DNA from: Armatimonadota bacterium
GTDB lineage: Bacteria; Armatimonadota; HRBIN16
Direction of reading: 5' to 3'
DNA: 64,000 nt
NCBI GenBank assembly: GCA_963677485.1
Contig: OY781964.1
Location: 1,632,001 to 1,696,000, forward strand
Shown: positions 38,713 through 49,112 of the stretch, piece by piece
Position numbering within the stretch: the first letter of the stretch is position 1
Layout: the number at the start of each line of letters is the position of its first letter
Position numbers and translations under genes: made by a program
The notes under the pieces: model-generated
What the model saw: only the letters and a program-made list of their open reading frames with translations
What the model was told of the DNA's origin: nothing
Database searches by the model: none

Positions 38713-39770
38713 CGCCTACGCTCTCTATCGAGATCATACCGGCACTGATGGATTGGTATAACCGGTTCGGACGTCCGATGCCTTGGGGTGATGAGCCTGA
38801 CGCCTGGCATGTGATGGTGGGCGTGGTGATGCTGCAGCAGACCACCGTGACCGCCGTGCTGCCCTACCTTGAACGTTTCATGGAGAAATATCCCAACCCG
38901 ACCGCCCTCGCGGAAGCCAGTGAGGCGGATGTGCTGAAAGCCTGGTCTGGATTGGGTTACTACACGCGGGCACGGAACCTTCGTGATGCCGCGCAGACCA
39001 TTGTGGGGATGTTTGATGGCGAGGTACCGCGCGACTATGAGTATCTCTCCTGGCTGCCCGGTATCGGCGATTACAGCGCCGGGGCGATCTGCAGTATCGC
39101 GTATGGTGACCCTGTGCCCGCTCTCGATGCCAATGGCCTCAGGATCATCGCCCGGCTGCTCTGCGAGCGCAAGGATATCAGCAAGGCACCTATCCGTGAG
39201 TATCTGAGCCGATGTTGTGAGCGCATTATCATGTTGTGCAAGCCAGGGCCCTTCAACCAGGCCTTGATGGACTTCGGCGCACTGGTCTGCACTGCGAATG
39301 ATCCGCACTGCCTGGTCTGCGCACTACGCCCCTATTGCTGTGCTTATCAAAAAGACAGGGTGGACAAAATCCCTGCAAAGAAGCCGCGCCGCAAGACCAT
39401 ACCGGTGGACGATGTGTATGCGGTTCTGATGTCCGAGGGCAAATACTACATCCATCAGTATCCATCAGGCAGGCTGCTGATGGGCATGTGGCATTTCCCC
39501 AACGCCCGGCTGGAGAAGGGTGAAAGTGTGCTGGCGGCCGCGACACGGGCCATCCAGACCGAGGTGAAGGGGGCCACTGCGGTGGAAGAAATCGGGCAAT
39601 ACAAACACAACGTGATGCACTACCGCATCAGCGGCCACGTGGTGCGGTGTGAATGCCCTGCCGAGGCTTTGGCGAAGTTCACGCTGGTGCCCTGGGATGC
39701 TTTGGCCGACCACCCCATGGCCGGTGCCATGAAGAAGGCTCTGAAAGTGCTGGCGGAGCTTAGGCCGTAG
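38709..39770 (+). CDS. mutY: MutY-like adenine glycosylase with atypical active site
   Basis: MLQQT, WSGLGYYTRARNL, HhH LPGIG, CX6CX2CX5C Fe-S motif, NUDIX-like tail; start ATG 38709 overlaps the upstream stop. Confidence 0.85.
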   Translation: MTPTLSIEIIPALMDWYNRFGRPMPWGDEPDAWHVMVGVVMLQQTTVTAVLPYLERFMEKYPNPTALAEASEADVLKAWSGLGYYTRARNLRDAAQTIVGMFDGEVPRDYEYLSWLPGIGDYSAGAICSIAYGDPVPALDANGLRIIARLLCERKDISKAPIREYLSRCCERIIMLCKPGPFNQALMDFGALVCTANDPHCLVCALRPYCCAYQKDRVDKIPAKKPRRKTIPVDDVYAVLMSEGKYYIHQYPSGRLLMGMWHFPNARLEKGESVLAAATRAIQTEVKGATAVEEIGQYKHNVMHYRISGHVVRCECPAEALAKFTLVPWDALADHPMAGAMKKALKVLAELRP

Positions 39771-39854
39771 CTTTTTGTGGTGATCGGACGGATCGGACGG
39801 ACTAGACCGATACGCTAATCCGTCCAAACCGCCCGATCCGTCCAACGCCAACCT

Positions 39855-41309
39855 CTATGCCGGGATGTGCTCCTTCGCCTGGTTGAGGCTGTAGGCCATG
39901 AACGCCGCACAAGCCGCCATCACCACCGCAGGCACGAACATAAGCAGCCCATCATCCATTGAGTGGACCCCCGAGGAGGCACTCATGATCTGAGCGATGG
40001 GGCTGATGTAGTAAAACATCTTCCATTTATCTTCCTGTCCCCGTGAGACCGCAAAGAACATCGGAAGAGCCCAGATGATAAACAACCACAGCACGAACAG
40101 CGCATCGCCGCCCTTGGCTTGCCGCAGCCGAAACGCCTGGCGCAGGAAACTGATGCTCAAGATGTTGCAGCACACCCCGAAAGCCATCATCAACGGAACA
40201 ACGATCTCGCTGCCTTTCAGTACTAACCGTTTGCCATACAGATACATCACCGGCGACATCACAGTAGCCACCGCGAACACGATGATGACCACACAGAAGG
40301 CCGCCAGCACACTGCCATTCAGTGCTGTGTCAGACCAGTGCGGGTTCGCCTTCTCTGGGATGTGCTTGAGCCTTTGTAGCCCCTTCAGCCAGGCCCCTTT
40401 GGTCACGGCCAGAGAGGTGCCAAGGAATGTGCCCAGCAGTAGTTGTACCACAGCCTGAGGTGTATACCAGTCGAGCAGTTGTGAATGTTGTTCGTAGTAC
40501 CAATTACCTCCACGCAGTACAGAGTAATCCAGGGCGACGATCGCACTGATGATCACAAACGTGCCTAGGGCCATCGGCTTACCGATAGCACCAGACAACG
40601 GGTTATGCATCCTTCTGCGCGCCATTAACCACAGGATCACCCCGAATACCGCATGGTGCAACAATAGGGTCGGCATGATCAGCGAATTACTGTTCTTCCA
40701 CAGCCCCATACCGGCTGACTGGTTCAAAGATATCTTCGTGGCCAGCAGTTCAAACATGGGGAAGGGTGTCAGGCATTGCACCAGCGGGCTGCCCCACATG
40801 GCTGCTCCAAGCACGAATGCGATCAGAAACACCAGACTGCCAGCTTGCCCGGTCTTGATGTTTGGATATAATCCGAGCACCAGCCCGAGTGCCTGCCACA
40901 GCAAACCGCAGGTGATCATCACAATGATGTAACCCCAAAACTCTATACGGAAGCCCGTCAGAGCGATGATAAACGGGGTGACCGTGGCGGCCAGCAGCCA
41001 TGTCAGCACAGACGGTCCAAGCCAGAAGCCCATGGTGAGCTGCGAGGCGGTCATAGGAGTGATGCGGTGAAGGTCCATCATGCCGGTCTCACGCGCACCT
41101 GCCGCCGCAGATGCGGTTTGGGAGGCACCCGCTACCACGATCAAGGCTTGAAGGCTCATCAGGCCGACCAATGCACTGTCAGGCTCATTCACCAGGATGA
41201 TCGCGAACGCAAAAAGGGCCACACCCACCACGGCGGGCACCATGATACCCGTCCGCAGTTGAGAGCGCAGGAACTTCACGAAAATGGGGTTGTCTGTCCA
41301 GGAGTTCAT
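39855..41309 (-). CDS. ABC-2-type permease-like membrane protein
   Basis: DNPIFVK..RSQLR, RETGMMDLHRITPM, many TMs; adjacent to ATPase. Confidence 0.8.
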   Translation of the reverse strand: MNSWTDNPIFVKFLRSQLRTGIMVPAVVGVALFAFAIILVNEPDSALVGLMSLQALIVVAGASQTASAAAGARETGMMDLHRITPMTASQLTMGFWLGPSVLTWLLAATVTPFIIALTGFRIEFWGYIIVMITCGLLWQALGLVLGLYPNIKTGQAGSLVFLIAFVLGAAMWGSPLVQCLTPFPMFELLATKISLNQSAGMGLWKNSNSLIMPTLLLHHAVFGVILWLMARRRMHNPLSGAIGKPMALGTFVIISAIVALDYSVLRGGNWYYEQHSQLLDWYTPQAVVQLLLGTFLGTSLAVTKGAWLKGLQRLKHIPEKANPHWSDTALNGSVLAAFCVVIIVFAVATVMSPVMYLYGKRLVLKGSEIVVPLMMAFGVCCNILSISFLRQAFRLRQAKGGDALFVLWLFIIWALPMFFAVSRGQEDKWKMFYYISPIAQIMSASSGVHSMDDGLLMFVPAVVMAACAAFMAYSLNQAKEHIPA

Positions 41310-41310
41310 C

Positions 41311-42237
41311 TTAACTCACCTCCTTGGCGCCGACTTGCAGGAAGATGCTTTCAAGGTCGGTCTCTTGTTTACCAAAGCTGATGACTTGCACGCCTTTGCC
41401 GATCAGCAACGCCAGCAGTTGGGCGAGCTGGGCATCATCGCCATTGAACACATACGACACGCTCTTCTCCATAGCGGTGACGGCACTGACATCGGTGATG
41501 GTCTGCAATATCTCTTGGCAAACGGCGATGTCAGACAGCAGCTCCATGCTCACACGCTGCTTGCCGAACACCTGCCGGCCGATCTCCTGCACCTCGCCAG
41601 CCATCACAATTCGGCCCTTCTCCATAATCCCCACCGTGTCGCAGAACTCTGAGAGCTCCGAGAGGATATGCGAGGAGACGATCACCGCGCAGCCCTGCTC
41701 GCGCAGCTCACGGATTACTTGCTTCAACATCGCGCGACCGAAGGGGTCCATGCCGCTGGCCGGTTCGTCCAGCAGCACAATTTTAGGCTGCGGAATCAGC
41801 GTGCGGGCCAGCATCAGCCGTTGTTTCATGCCGCGGGAGAGCCCCTTAGTCATGGTGTCGCGCTTCACGCTGATGTCCACCATGCCCAGATATTCGGTGA
41901 TGCGCCGCTCACGCACACCGATGGGGATGTTGTAACTCGCAGCGAACATGTCGAGGAATTCCCACACGGTGATGTCATCATAGATCGGGGTGTAGTCGGG
42001 CATAAAGCCCACTTGACACAACGCCTTCGCAGGCTCCGTCTCCAGGTTGAACTCGCCCAGTTGTATCGATCCGTAGGTGGGCTCCAAAAGCCCCACCAGT
42101 GCGCGCAGGGTGGTGGTCTTGCCAGCTCCGTTTGGGCCTATCAGTCCAAACACCTCGCCGGGCTGCACATGCAGGCTGACATCCTGCACCGCACAGACCT
42201 CGTCGTAATCCACCCTCAGTTCTTTCACATCAATCAT
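41311..42237 (-). CDS. ABC transporter ATP-binding protein
   Basis: GPNGAGKTT, LSRGMKQR, LLDEP, SSH. Confidence 0.95.
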   Translation of the reverse strand: MIDVKELRVDYDEVCAVQDVSLHVQPGEVFGLIGPNGAGKTTTLRALVGLLEPTYGSIQLGEFNLETEPAKALCQVGFMPDYTPIYDDITVWEFLDMFAASYNIPIGVRERRITEYLGMVDISVKRDTMTKGLSRGMKQRLMLARTLIPQPKIVLLDEPASGMDPFGRAMLKQVIRELREQGCAVIVSSHILSELSEFCDTVGIMEKGRIVMAGEVQEIGRQVFGKQRVSMELLSDIAVCQEILQTITDVSAVTAMEKSVSYVFNGDDAQLAQLLALLIGKGVQVISFGKQETDLESIFLQVGAKEVS

Positions 42238-42329
42238 ACGTGCCCTCCTTAGCAGTAGGCTGTAAAGATGCTGTGCGAATGACTCGCACGGGTTGGTTTA
42301 GGGTTCTTTGTTATGCCAACAGCGAAACT

Positions 42330-42575
42330 TCAGCGTTTCACTATGTGCAGGTTGTTGGTGCCGTTGCGTATGTTCGTTGCGACCTCATAGCCGTCGCAAT
42401 ACACCGCCTCGGCCGATCCGTTGCCGTTCCAGGTTAATGTGAAGTGGCCGTGTGAGTCCGTTCTGACACGCGCCGTCACGCCGCCATCAAATAACCCTCC
42501 CACCTTCGCACTGACATATGACATCGTGCTGGGCTGGCCATTCGCGTAGGTTACGATCCCGCTGATCACCCCCAT
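42330..42575 (-). CDS. Small beta-sandwich (carboxypeptidase-regulatory-like) protein
   Basis: Strong AGGAGG RBS; ISGIVT.ANGQP and TDSHGHFTL pattern. Confidence 0.65.
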   Translation of the reverse strand: MGVISGIVTYANGQPSTMSYVSAKVGGLFDGGVTARVRTDSHGHFTLTWNGNGSAEAVYCDGYEVATNIRNGTNNLHIVKR

Positions 42576-42912
42576 GTGGTCCCTCCTGACGGCTGCGTGA
42601 TAGTCTGCGGACTTCAGCTCACCAGGTGCGATAAAAACGCACCTATGTTGATACTATACTCCGCCTTATCATGAAATACTGCTGTTTTCGCCGTTTTGTT
42701 CCGCGTTTTTATGAATGTGGTGTTTTGTGAAGGCAGCCCGTATGGTGGTGATACGGTGCCTTGAATCGGCTGTGTATGGGGCGGGCGGGCAGAGGATCCG
42801 TCCCATCCGTCGGACTCCGCCCCTCAATCGAAGAAACACCATATATAGAAACAGTCCTCGGGAAGACTTCCTTCCCGAGGACTATTCACGAAACAGTGAC
42901 GCCGCAGAGCAG

Positions 42913-44343
42913 TTAGGGCAGCTTCACGCACCTGAAGCCGGTGTCGCTGCTGCGGCGGGTCGGAATCGCATAGTTTCGGCATGACACCCTAAAGTCGCCG
43001 CTGTACCCGTTGAACCATGAACCACCGCGTATCACCCGATAGGTTCCACTATCAACACCTGGAGGGTTGTTAGCTGGCGAAGTCTGGTAGTAGTTGGCAC
43101 CATACCAGTCTGCACACCACTCCCATACATTACCGGCCATGTCCATGCATCCGTACAGGCTGATACCGGAAGGGTAACTGCCCACGGGCTTTGTTGTATC
43201 AGAGTTGTTATAGTCGACGCACTTCGTGGAGTCCCAGCTGTTGCCCCATGGGTATAGCCGTGCGTCGCCTCCTCTGGCTGCTTTTTCCCATTGAGCCTCA
43301 GTCGGCAGTGCGACACCGGCCCAAGCCGCGTAGTCGGTTGCGTCCTGCCATGTCACGTTCACCACCGGATGCGTGTCCTGCCAGCCCCATACAGGCTCGG
43401 TCGGCATTGAGCGCGATGTGGCCTGACAGAATTGCCGGTATTGGGCGACTGTGACCTCGCTCTTGTAAATCCAATAACCGGACAGGTAGATCGAGCGTTG
43501 CGGCCTTTCCTCTGCGGGGTAGTCACTGGTTGACCCCCTCAGGAAGTTGCCGTTGGAGACCCACACCATCTCGGCTTGGTCTACAGGATTTTGCCTGGGC
43601 TGACTGTCCATATCGCCCAGAGCACCGAAGAACACATCGATGATGACATAATCAAACAGGTTCACGATGCCATTACCATCAAGGTCAGCCATTGTGTTAC
43701 TGGTCGCGAAGTTCTGGTCAAGTACCACGATGTCAAACAGGTTCACCATGTTGTCACCATCGGCATCGCCGTTAGCTAATGCCGATGCATAGCTGGTGGA
43801 ACTGGACAGGTCTAGACCAGAAACTGACCTTCGCAGCCAGTGGCTGCCATAAAGGTTCAATGCGTAACCACCCGGTCTTATTCCCGTAATCGTGAGGTTC
43901 CCGCTATTGACCGGAAGGGAACCGGTGTAGTTGTTCACTCCTGACAACCGGTAACTGATGGATGCGTTGGGAGCAGTGCCGAGATAACCATATCCCAGAT
44001 CAAGGCTGAGATCAAGGCTATTCGGTGTCCACACGGTCAGGTCGGAGGTGGAAGTGGCCGTACCTCCAGGTGTGGTGACCGCAATCTTGCCAGTCGTGGC
44101 ACCAGCGGGGATGGTCATCTCAATGGAGGTGGCGCCGGTGACCGTATATTGAGGGGCTGAGGTGCCATTTACCTTGACCGCACTCGCCCCCGTCAGGATG
44201 GTTCCAGTGATGGTGATGACATCGCCAACCTTGCCGTTATCCGGTTGGAAACTGCTGATCGATGGGACAGCCGCGTTGGCCGGCAAGGCTAACACGAGTA
44301 AAACAAGTAATGATATCCACGGGATAAGAATCGATCGATGCAT
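42913..44343 (-). CDS. Secreted IPT/TIG + dockerin-like + FGE-sulfatase (SUMF1) domain protein
   Basis: PSISSFQP/TTGKIAVTTPGG, GDADGDNMVNLFD repeat, LPTEAQWEKAARG, DMAGNVWEW, GFRC. Confidence 0.88.
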   Translation of the reverse strand: MHRSILIPWISLLVLLVLALPANAAVPSISSFQPDNGKVGDVITITGTILTGASAVKVNGTSAPQYTVTGATSIEMTIPAGATTGKIAVTTPGGTATSTSDLTVWTPNSLDLSLDLGYGYLGTAPNASISYRLSGVNNYTGSLPVNSGNLTITGIRPGGYALNLYGSHWLRRSVSGLDLSSSTSYASALANGDADGDNMVNLFDIVVLDQNFATSNTMADLDGNGIVNLFDYVIIDVFFGALGDMDSQPRQNPVDQAEMVWVSNGNFLRGSTSDYPAEERPQRSIYLSGYWIYKSEVTVAQYRQFCQATSRSMPTEPVWGWQDTHPVVNVTWQDATDYAAWAGVALPTEAQWEKAARGGDARLYPWGNSWDSTKCVDYNNSDTTKPVGSYPSGISLYGCMDMAGNVWEWCADWYGANYYQTSPANNPPGVDSGTYRVIRGGSWFNGYSGDFRVSCRNYAIPTRRSSDTGFRCVKLP

Positions 44344-44811
44344 TTGCGTTACTCCTTTTCTGGTGTTGAATGTGACCGCTGTCAAATACCCGATATAAAC
44401 AGTAGGGTATTTTCTATGTATCCATTATATGCGTGGTGGTTCCAACAGTCAAGATGCTGATGGCCACAACACACCAAAAAGCTCGAATTCGCCATGATTT
44501 AGTACACATTTCTGTGAATATGGTGGTTGTGTGGGTATCTTGCCGCCATCAAGAGCTGGTCCGACCGCGTTATTCAGCTTTTGATGCTCAGCCCATGGCC
44601 GATAGTTTGGTAATCAATTGTATAAACCCGACCGCTACAATCACCATTTGGATTTTTATAACCATCATGATGGTCACCGTGTTGCTTTGGCTGGCGGCTG
44701 GGCAGTATCCACGAGGTTGCGATGAAGGGCAGTCAATCACCCATAGGTCGGATCGCGGAGTTTTGTCGTTGCATAACGATGTATACCTGCCCTGCCACGC
44801 GCTAAAGCACA

Positions 44812-45035
44812 GTCTATTACCCACAAATCCAGTTGGGATCGTATCGACCATGTGCCGCGACATGAATGTCTCGGCTATTGATCAATAAGCCCGCTAAACC
44901 GGACTGCGGAGCTCCTTGCTGATAAAGATAACGTTAATGAAGACTGCTTCAGCAGTCTTGGTGTTCAATAGCCGAGACATTTATGTCGCGGAATCGGTGA
45001 CCATCTACCTGTTTCTCGATTTGTGGGTAATAGAC
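44812..45035 (+). mobile_element. MITE-like element, copy 3
   Basis: Perfect 18-bp terminal IR GTCTATTACCCACAAATC / GATTTGTGGGTAATAGAC. Confidence 0.8.
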
Positions 45036-45061
45036 CGTGAGGGCTGATGCAGTTATAAGGT

Positions 45062-45101
45062 AAAAAAACAGACCGCACCGGGAGTTAACCCGGTGCGGTC
45101 T
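45062..45101 (-). terminator. Intrinsic terminator
   Basis: cagaccgcaccggg/cccggtgcggtctg hairpin plus T7 on minus strand. Confidence 0.85.
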
Positions 45102-45161
45102 GCTTGTTAAGTCTTTACATGGAAATCTGTGCTGCGGCTCATCACCATGAAGGTGACGGCG

Positions 45162-45557
45162 TTACAGCCTTAGGGTGAGGTTTATGCTAAGGGTATTGGC
45201 CTTCTGTGCTGGCCGATATTCCCTGTAAGGTTTGACTTCCTGCACATGACGATGGCTGGGTTGCACGATGATCACTTCGGTGTGGTGATCTCTCGCTTCG
45301 CGGTAGTCATTGCTCACGTAGCGGCGGTGCCCCATCTTCATCCCGCGCTCGTCGCCCCTTTTCATCCCGCGTTCGTCACCATTCTTCCAGCCGCGCTGGT
45401 CATCATTCTTCCTGCCACGATCGTTGTCCATCTTCGAGCTGTTCTGATTGCCTTTTTGAGCACCATTATGGTTACCCGATCGGGGTGCTGCTATACAAGC
45501 TCCGGTGATGCTCATGACGGATATCATGGCGATTAACGATACGATTCGGGTTTTCAT
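45162..45557 (-). CDS. Small secreted low-complexity protein
   Basis: AGGAGG RBS, signal peptide, repeats such as GDERGMK. Confidence 0.75.
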   Translation of the reverse strand: MKTRIVSLIAMISVMSITGACIAAPRSGNHNGAQKGNQNSSKMDNDRGRKNDDQRGWKNGDERGMKRGDERGMKMGHRRYVSNDYREARDHHTEVIIVQPSHRHVQEVKPYREYRPAQKANTLSINLTLRL

Positions 45558-45617
45558 TTGGTTGCCTCCTGTGTTGTAGATGAGTTTTGGTCATCTTCTA
45601 TATTCATCATGGAATAG

Positions 45618-45639
45618 CAACCTCACAACAACCTCACAA
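45618..45639 (-). promoter_or_regulatory. Putative OmpR-family binding site
   Basis: Perfect tandem 11-mer CAACCTCACAA x2 upstream of the 45557 start. Confidence 0.6.
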
Positions 45640-45640
45640 A

Positions 45641-47035
45641 CTAGGTATTTTGGAGGTAGTTCTCATAAACTGGTATATTTACTGTAATTGTAGTGCCAAA
45701 TCCCAGCCGAGTTTGGATAGAAACCGATCCTCCCATCGCTTCAGCCAGTCCGCGAACAATAGATAGACCGAGGCCCACCCCCTCATCTGGTCGATTCCGA
45801 TTGGCTTCTCCGTGAGCGAACCTTTCCCAGATGTGAGACAGCAATTCGTCAGGTATTCCGCTGCCCGTATCGGCCACACTGATCGCCACCATCTGATCCG
45901 TCTGTTCGGCCGACACACGGATGCTTCCCTCAGCAGGCGTATATCGACGGGCATTATCTAGCAGGTTGACAAGAATTCGTTGGAGACCATCGACAGACCC
46001 ACTAACCAACGGGAGCGGTTCTGTGAATTCGGTCACGACCGGTGCGCCATCATCCGGCAGCATCGCAAGGGTGGCCGCTGCCACCTGATGAATGTCTACG
46101 GGCACGATATCCAGTTGGGTATGCCCGGCGTCGATACGGCCTAGTTCCAGCAAAGAGCTGACGATACGCGCCAGCCGCTGCACTTCGCGATGCATCTTGG
46201 CGACCGTTTGCTGCTGCTCATCAGGGCGTATCATGCCCTCTTCCCACGCGCTCAGGGTGATACTCAGAGAGCTTAATGGGGCCCGCAACTCGTGCGAGGC
46301 ATCGGCCACGAATTGACGCTGTGAAATCTCGAGACACTTCAAGCGCAAGTGCTCATCCTGCAGCTCTCGAATGGTCTGGTCCAGCCCGGTTGCCAGATCA
46401 TTCAAGTTATCTGCAAGCTGCTGTAACTCCACTGTCGGCTGAGCTGCCACATGCACTTCGAAATGTCCATCCGCCATCTGGCAGCTTTGCTGAGCCACGG
46501 CATTCACGGATTTTGCGATTTTACGCGCTCCAGATGTGGCAAATGCCAGACTGATCAGGCCAGAGCACAGCACCGGCACGATGACGATCAGGTATACACC
46601 GCGTGAATCGCTGCGAGCCATATCGACACGCTTCCATCTGACATTCACATGACTACCATCGCTTATTGCCGACCATACCACCTCGCGGTTTACCCATGGC
46701 AGCTCACCCACACCATGCATTTGCGTCAATTTGATGACATCGGCGGCCGATGCCCAGGGTTTCGGGTTTTTCATTTGGTCGGCATCAGGGATTTTAGAGA
46801 TCACTACCACACCATTGGCATCAAGTGTGACGCAGTTATTACGCAGTTTACCCGACCGGTAGTAGTTGCTTGGTTGGTCCTGTTGCGAAGTTGACAGATT
46901 CAGAGCGGCAAGACCCAGCATAAAGCGGTCCACCGAGAGTACTAACACCACCAGCACCACAATCAGTGTGAGCGCGGTGGCGATGATCTGCCGGTGCATA
47001 GAATATGCGATCAGGTTCGGTTTACGATGGTTCAT
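45641..47035 (-). CDS. HAMP-domain sensor histidine kinase
   Basis: ADASHELRAPL, NLLDNARRY, DTGSGI, GVGLGLSI. Confidence 0.95.
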   Translation of the reverse strand: MNHRKPNLIAYSMHRQIIATALTLIVVLVVLVLSVDRFMLGLAALNLSTSQQDQPSNYYRSGKLRNNCVTLDANGVVVISKIPDADQMKNPKPWASAADVIKLTQMHGVGELPWVNREVVWSAISDGSHVNVRWKRVDMARSDSRGVYLIVIVPVLCSGLISLAFATSGARKIAKSVNAVAQQSCQMADGHFEVHVAAQPTVELQQLADNLNDLATGLDQTIRELQDEHLRLKCLEISQRQFVADASHELRAPLSSLSITLSAWEEGMIRPDEQQQTVAKMHREVQRLARIVSSLLELGRIDAGHTQLDIVPVDIHQVAAATLAMLPDDGAPVVTEFTEPLPLVSGSVDGLQRILVNLLDNARRYTPAEGSIRVSAEQTDQMVAISVADTGSGIPDELLSHIWERFAHGEANRNRPDEGVGLGLSIVRGLAEAMGGSVSIQTRLGFGTTITVNIPVYENYLQNT

Positions 47036-47720
47036 GGCTCACCTCAAAACGGTAGCCTACCCCCCTCAGGGTGGTAATGTATTGTATTCCGTCATCCGAC
47101 TCCAGCTTTTTTCGCAACCGGGCGATGGTGACATCGATCACATGGTCGTCAGGGTATTCCTCTTCGCCCCATACCTCATCGGCCAGCATCTGGCGGGTGA
47201 GCACACGCCCAGCCCTCTTTGCCAAACCGTGTAGAAGCCGGAACTCATGGCTGCTCAGCTCTATTGAAAGTCCGGCCCGCTGCACCTGCATGGTCGCGGC
47301 ATCCAGCACTAGCCCGGGGAAAATGATCGGAGGTGTGGCAATGGCATTGGGAGCGGCCCTGCGTAACACAGCTCTGACCCGGGCGATGACCTCTGCCGGC
47401 TCAAACGGCTTCACGATGTAGTCGTCCGCTCCCAGTTGAAGCCCTTTCACCCTGTCCGGGGTATCGCTTCGTCCTGTCAGCATGATCACCGGTAGTTGCG
47501 GTGCCAGCTCCTCTCGGATTTGGCGCAGAATGGACCATCCGTCCATATCGGGAAGGTTGACATCCAGTAAAAGCAGGTCCGGCTGTTGGTGAGCGATCAT
47601 CTGCAAGCCTGTCTGACCATCTTCAGCTGTCCGCGAACCGATCCCTTCGCGTTCAAAGAAGCGTGGAAGCAGTTGGCGTATTTGCGGGTCGTCTTCGATC
47701 AATAGAATCTGTATGCTCAA
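47022..47720 (-). CDS. OmpR-family response regulator
   Basis: ILLIEDD, LLLDVNLP, GADDYIVKPF, ITTLRGVGYRF; start uncertain (TTG 47720). Confidence 0.93.
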   Translation of the reverse strand: MSIQILLIEDDPQIRQLLPRFFEREGIGSRTAEDGQTGLQMIAHQQPDLLLLDVNLPDMDGWSILRQIREELAPQLPVIMLTGRSDTPDRVKGLQLGADDYIVKPFEPAEVIARVRAVLRRAAPNAIATPPIIFPGLVLDAATMQVQRAGLSIELSSHEFRLLHGLAKRAGRVLTRQMLADEVWGEEEYPDDHVIDVTIARLRKKLESDDGIQYITTLRGVGYRFEVSHEPS

Positions 47721-47906
47721 GCCGGCACTCCCGAGGGATGTAACACCCCCAATTCTATTATGGTCTATATCATCGAACCATGTCTGTGAAAAGGACATCT
47801 AGTGAAACGAAACCGAGGTATAATGAACCCGAACAACACCGTTTCCTGTGTAGGCTACGGTTGGGACAGACACGGGTATTACAATGCTGCATGGAGGCAT
47901 GCTATC

Positions 47907-49112
47907 ATGTTTACCAGACTCTCACGATGTTTACCAGGTATTCTATTGTGCGTCTGTACCCTGACAGGGCAGGCATATGCCGATGTCACCGCAGAACAGG
48001 TGATCGCGCATCTCAGGTCGGTCTCACCATGGGCTCAGCAGGCCGATGATCCCAAGTTTCAGATTGTGAAATTCGATGCGACAAAAACCAGCCCATCGCA
48101 GTACTATGTGACCAACAGTTCACGACTCTATGTCGTCGACCCCACGAATGGTCAAGTAAAGTCGGTTGCGGCAGTAGAAGGGAAAGACGGCAGCTACAGC
48201 TCCTTCATTACCGAAGATGAGGCATGGGCGCTGCGGCCTGATCTACCGAAAAACAAACTTGAGCTGTTCATCGACACACCACAGTTCGTTGAACATGCAA
48301 TGAAGCTGAAAGATGGCAGTTACGATCAGTTTTTTGCGGTGGGAATTACCCGAAATGAGAGTCGGCAGATTACGCGTGTTTTCTATCGTAATAGCCCGCT
48401 GGGTCGGTCAGAACAGGCTCCCAGGATTTCGAAAGAGCGTGCTTCAAACATCGCCATGAAGTATGCCAAGCAGTACAGGCGTTTCAATCACGGTGGTTCT
48501 GTGTACAGCTATGACCACCAGATGGTGCAGGATATCATCGGTCCTATGCTCGCAAAAGATGTGACAAACGACCTTAAGCCGGTATTCTATGTCAGCTTAT
48601 GGCTGTCGTCAGCGGTCGACTTCAAAACACCCCTGGCCTCTGACGAGACGCGATATGTCAGCCTCAACGTGACGGTAGATGCTGTCAATGGGCAGGTGGT
48701 TGGGGCAAATTACGGCTCTATGCCTGCGTTCAACAGGACTGGAATTCCGACCGCTACCTCAAGTGTGGCACCGGCGATTACCCTTTTACCCATCACAGTC
48801 AACGAGGAACATGAAAGCCTCTTTCAACCCTGTTACCGTATGAAGCAGACCGCCATTGTGCCGCTCAAACTGATGCAGCACCTCGCCAAACCACATGATC
48901 TTACCGCGAAAGCCGGGGAGAAGGCGTTCACACTTGACGGTAAGCGGTACGCGTTGCTTGAACCGGTACTGAAACGTGACGGCACCCTCTACCTGCCTTG
49001 GCAAGCGTTGAACAGCCTGCCGGGCGTGACCGCGCTTTTCGATACGCAGGCAAATAAACTGGATATCACCGCACTCGACCTATTTCCATTGCGACAGGGG
49101 AGTCTACAATGA
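47907..49112 (+). CDS. Secreted protein with PepSY-like region and C-terminal stalk-like domain
   Basis: Signal peptide, VDAVNGQV, LYLPWQALNSLPGV; start behind GGAGG. Confidence 0.7.
   Translation: MFTRLSRCLPGILLCVCTLTGQAYADVTAEQVIAHLRSVSPWAQQADDPKFQIVKFDATKTSPSQYYVTNSSRLYVVDPTNGQVKSVAAVEGKDGSYSSFITEDEAWALRPDLPKNKLELFIDTPQFVEHAMKLKDGSYDQFFAVGITRNESRQITRVFYRNSPLGRSEQAPRISKERASNIAMKYAKQYRRFNHGGSVYSYDHQMVQDIIGPMLAKDVTNDLKPVFYVSLWLSSAVDFKTPLASDETRYVSLNVTVDAVNGQVVGANYGSMPAFNRTGIPTATSSVAPAITLLPITVNEEHESLFQPCYRMKQTAIVPLKLMQHLAKPHDLTAKAGEKAFTLDGKRYALLEPVLKRDGTLYLPWQALNSLPGVTALFDTQANKLDITALDLFPLRQGSLQ

Noticed and set aside
44433-44888. ORFs 44433-44888 and 44588-44863, including a short hydrophobic peptide
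   Set aside because: They run into the MITE; no clear RBS or family motif; insufficient support for a toxin peptide
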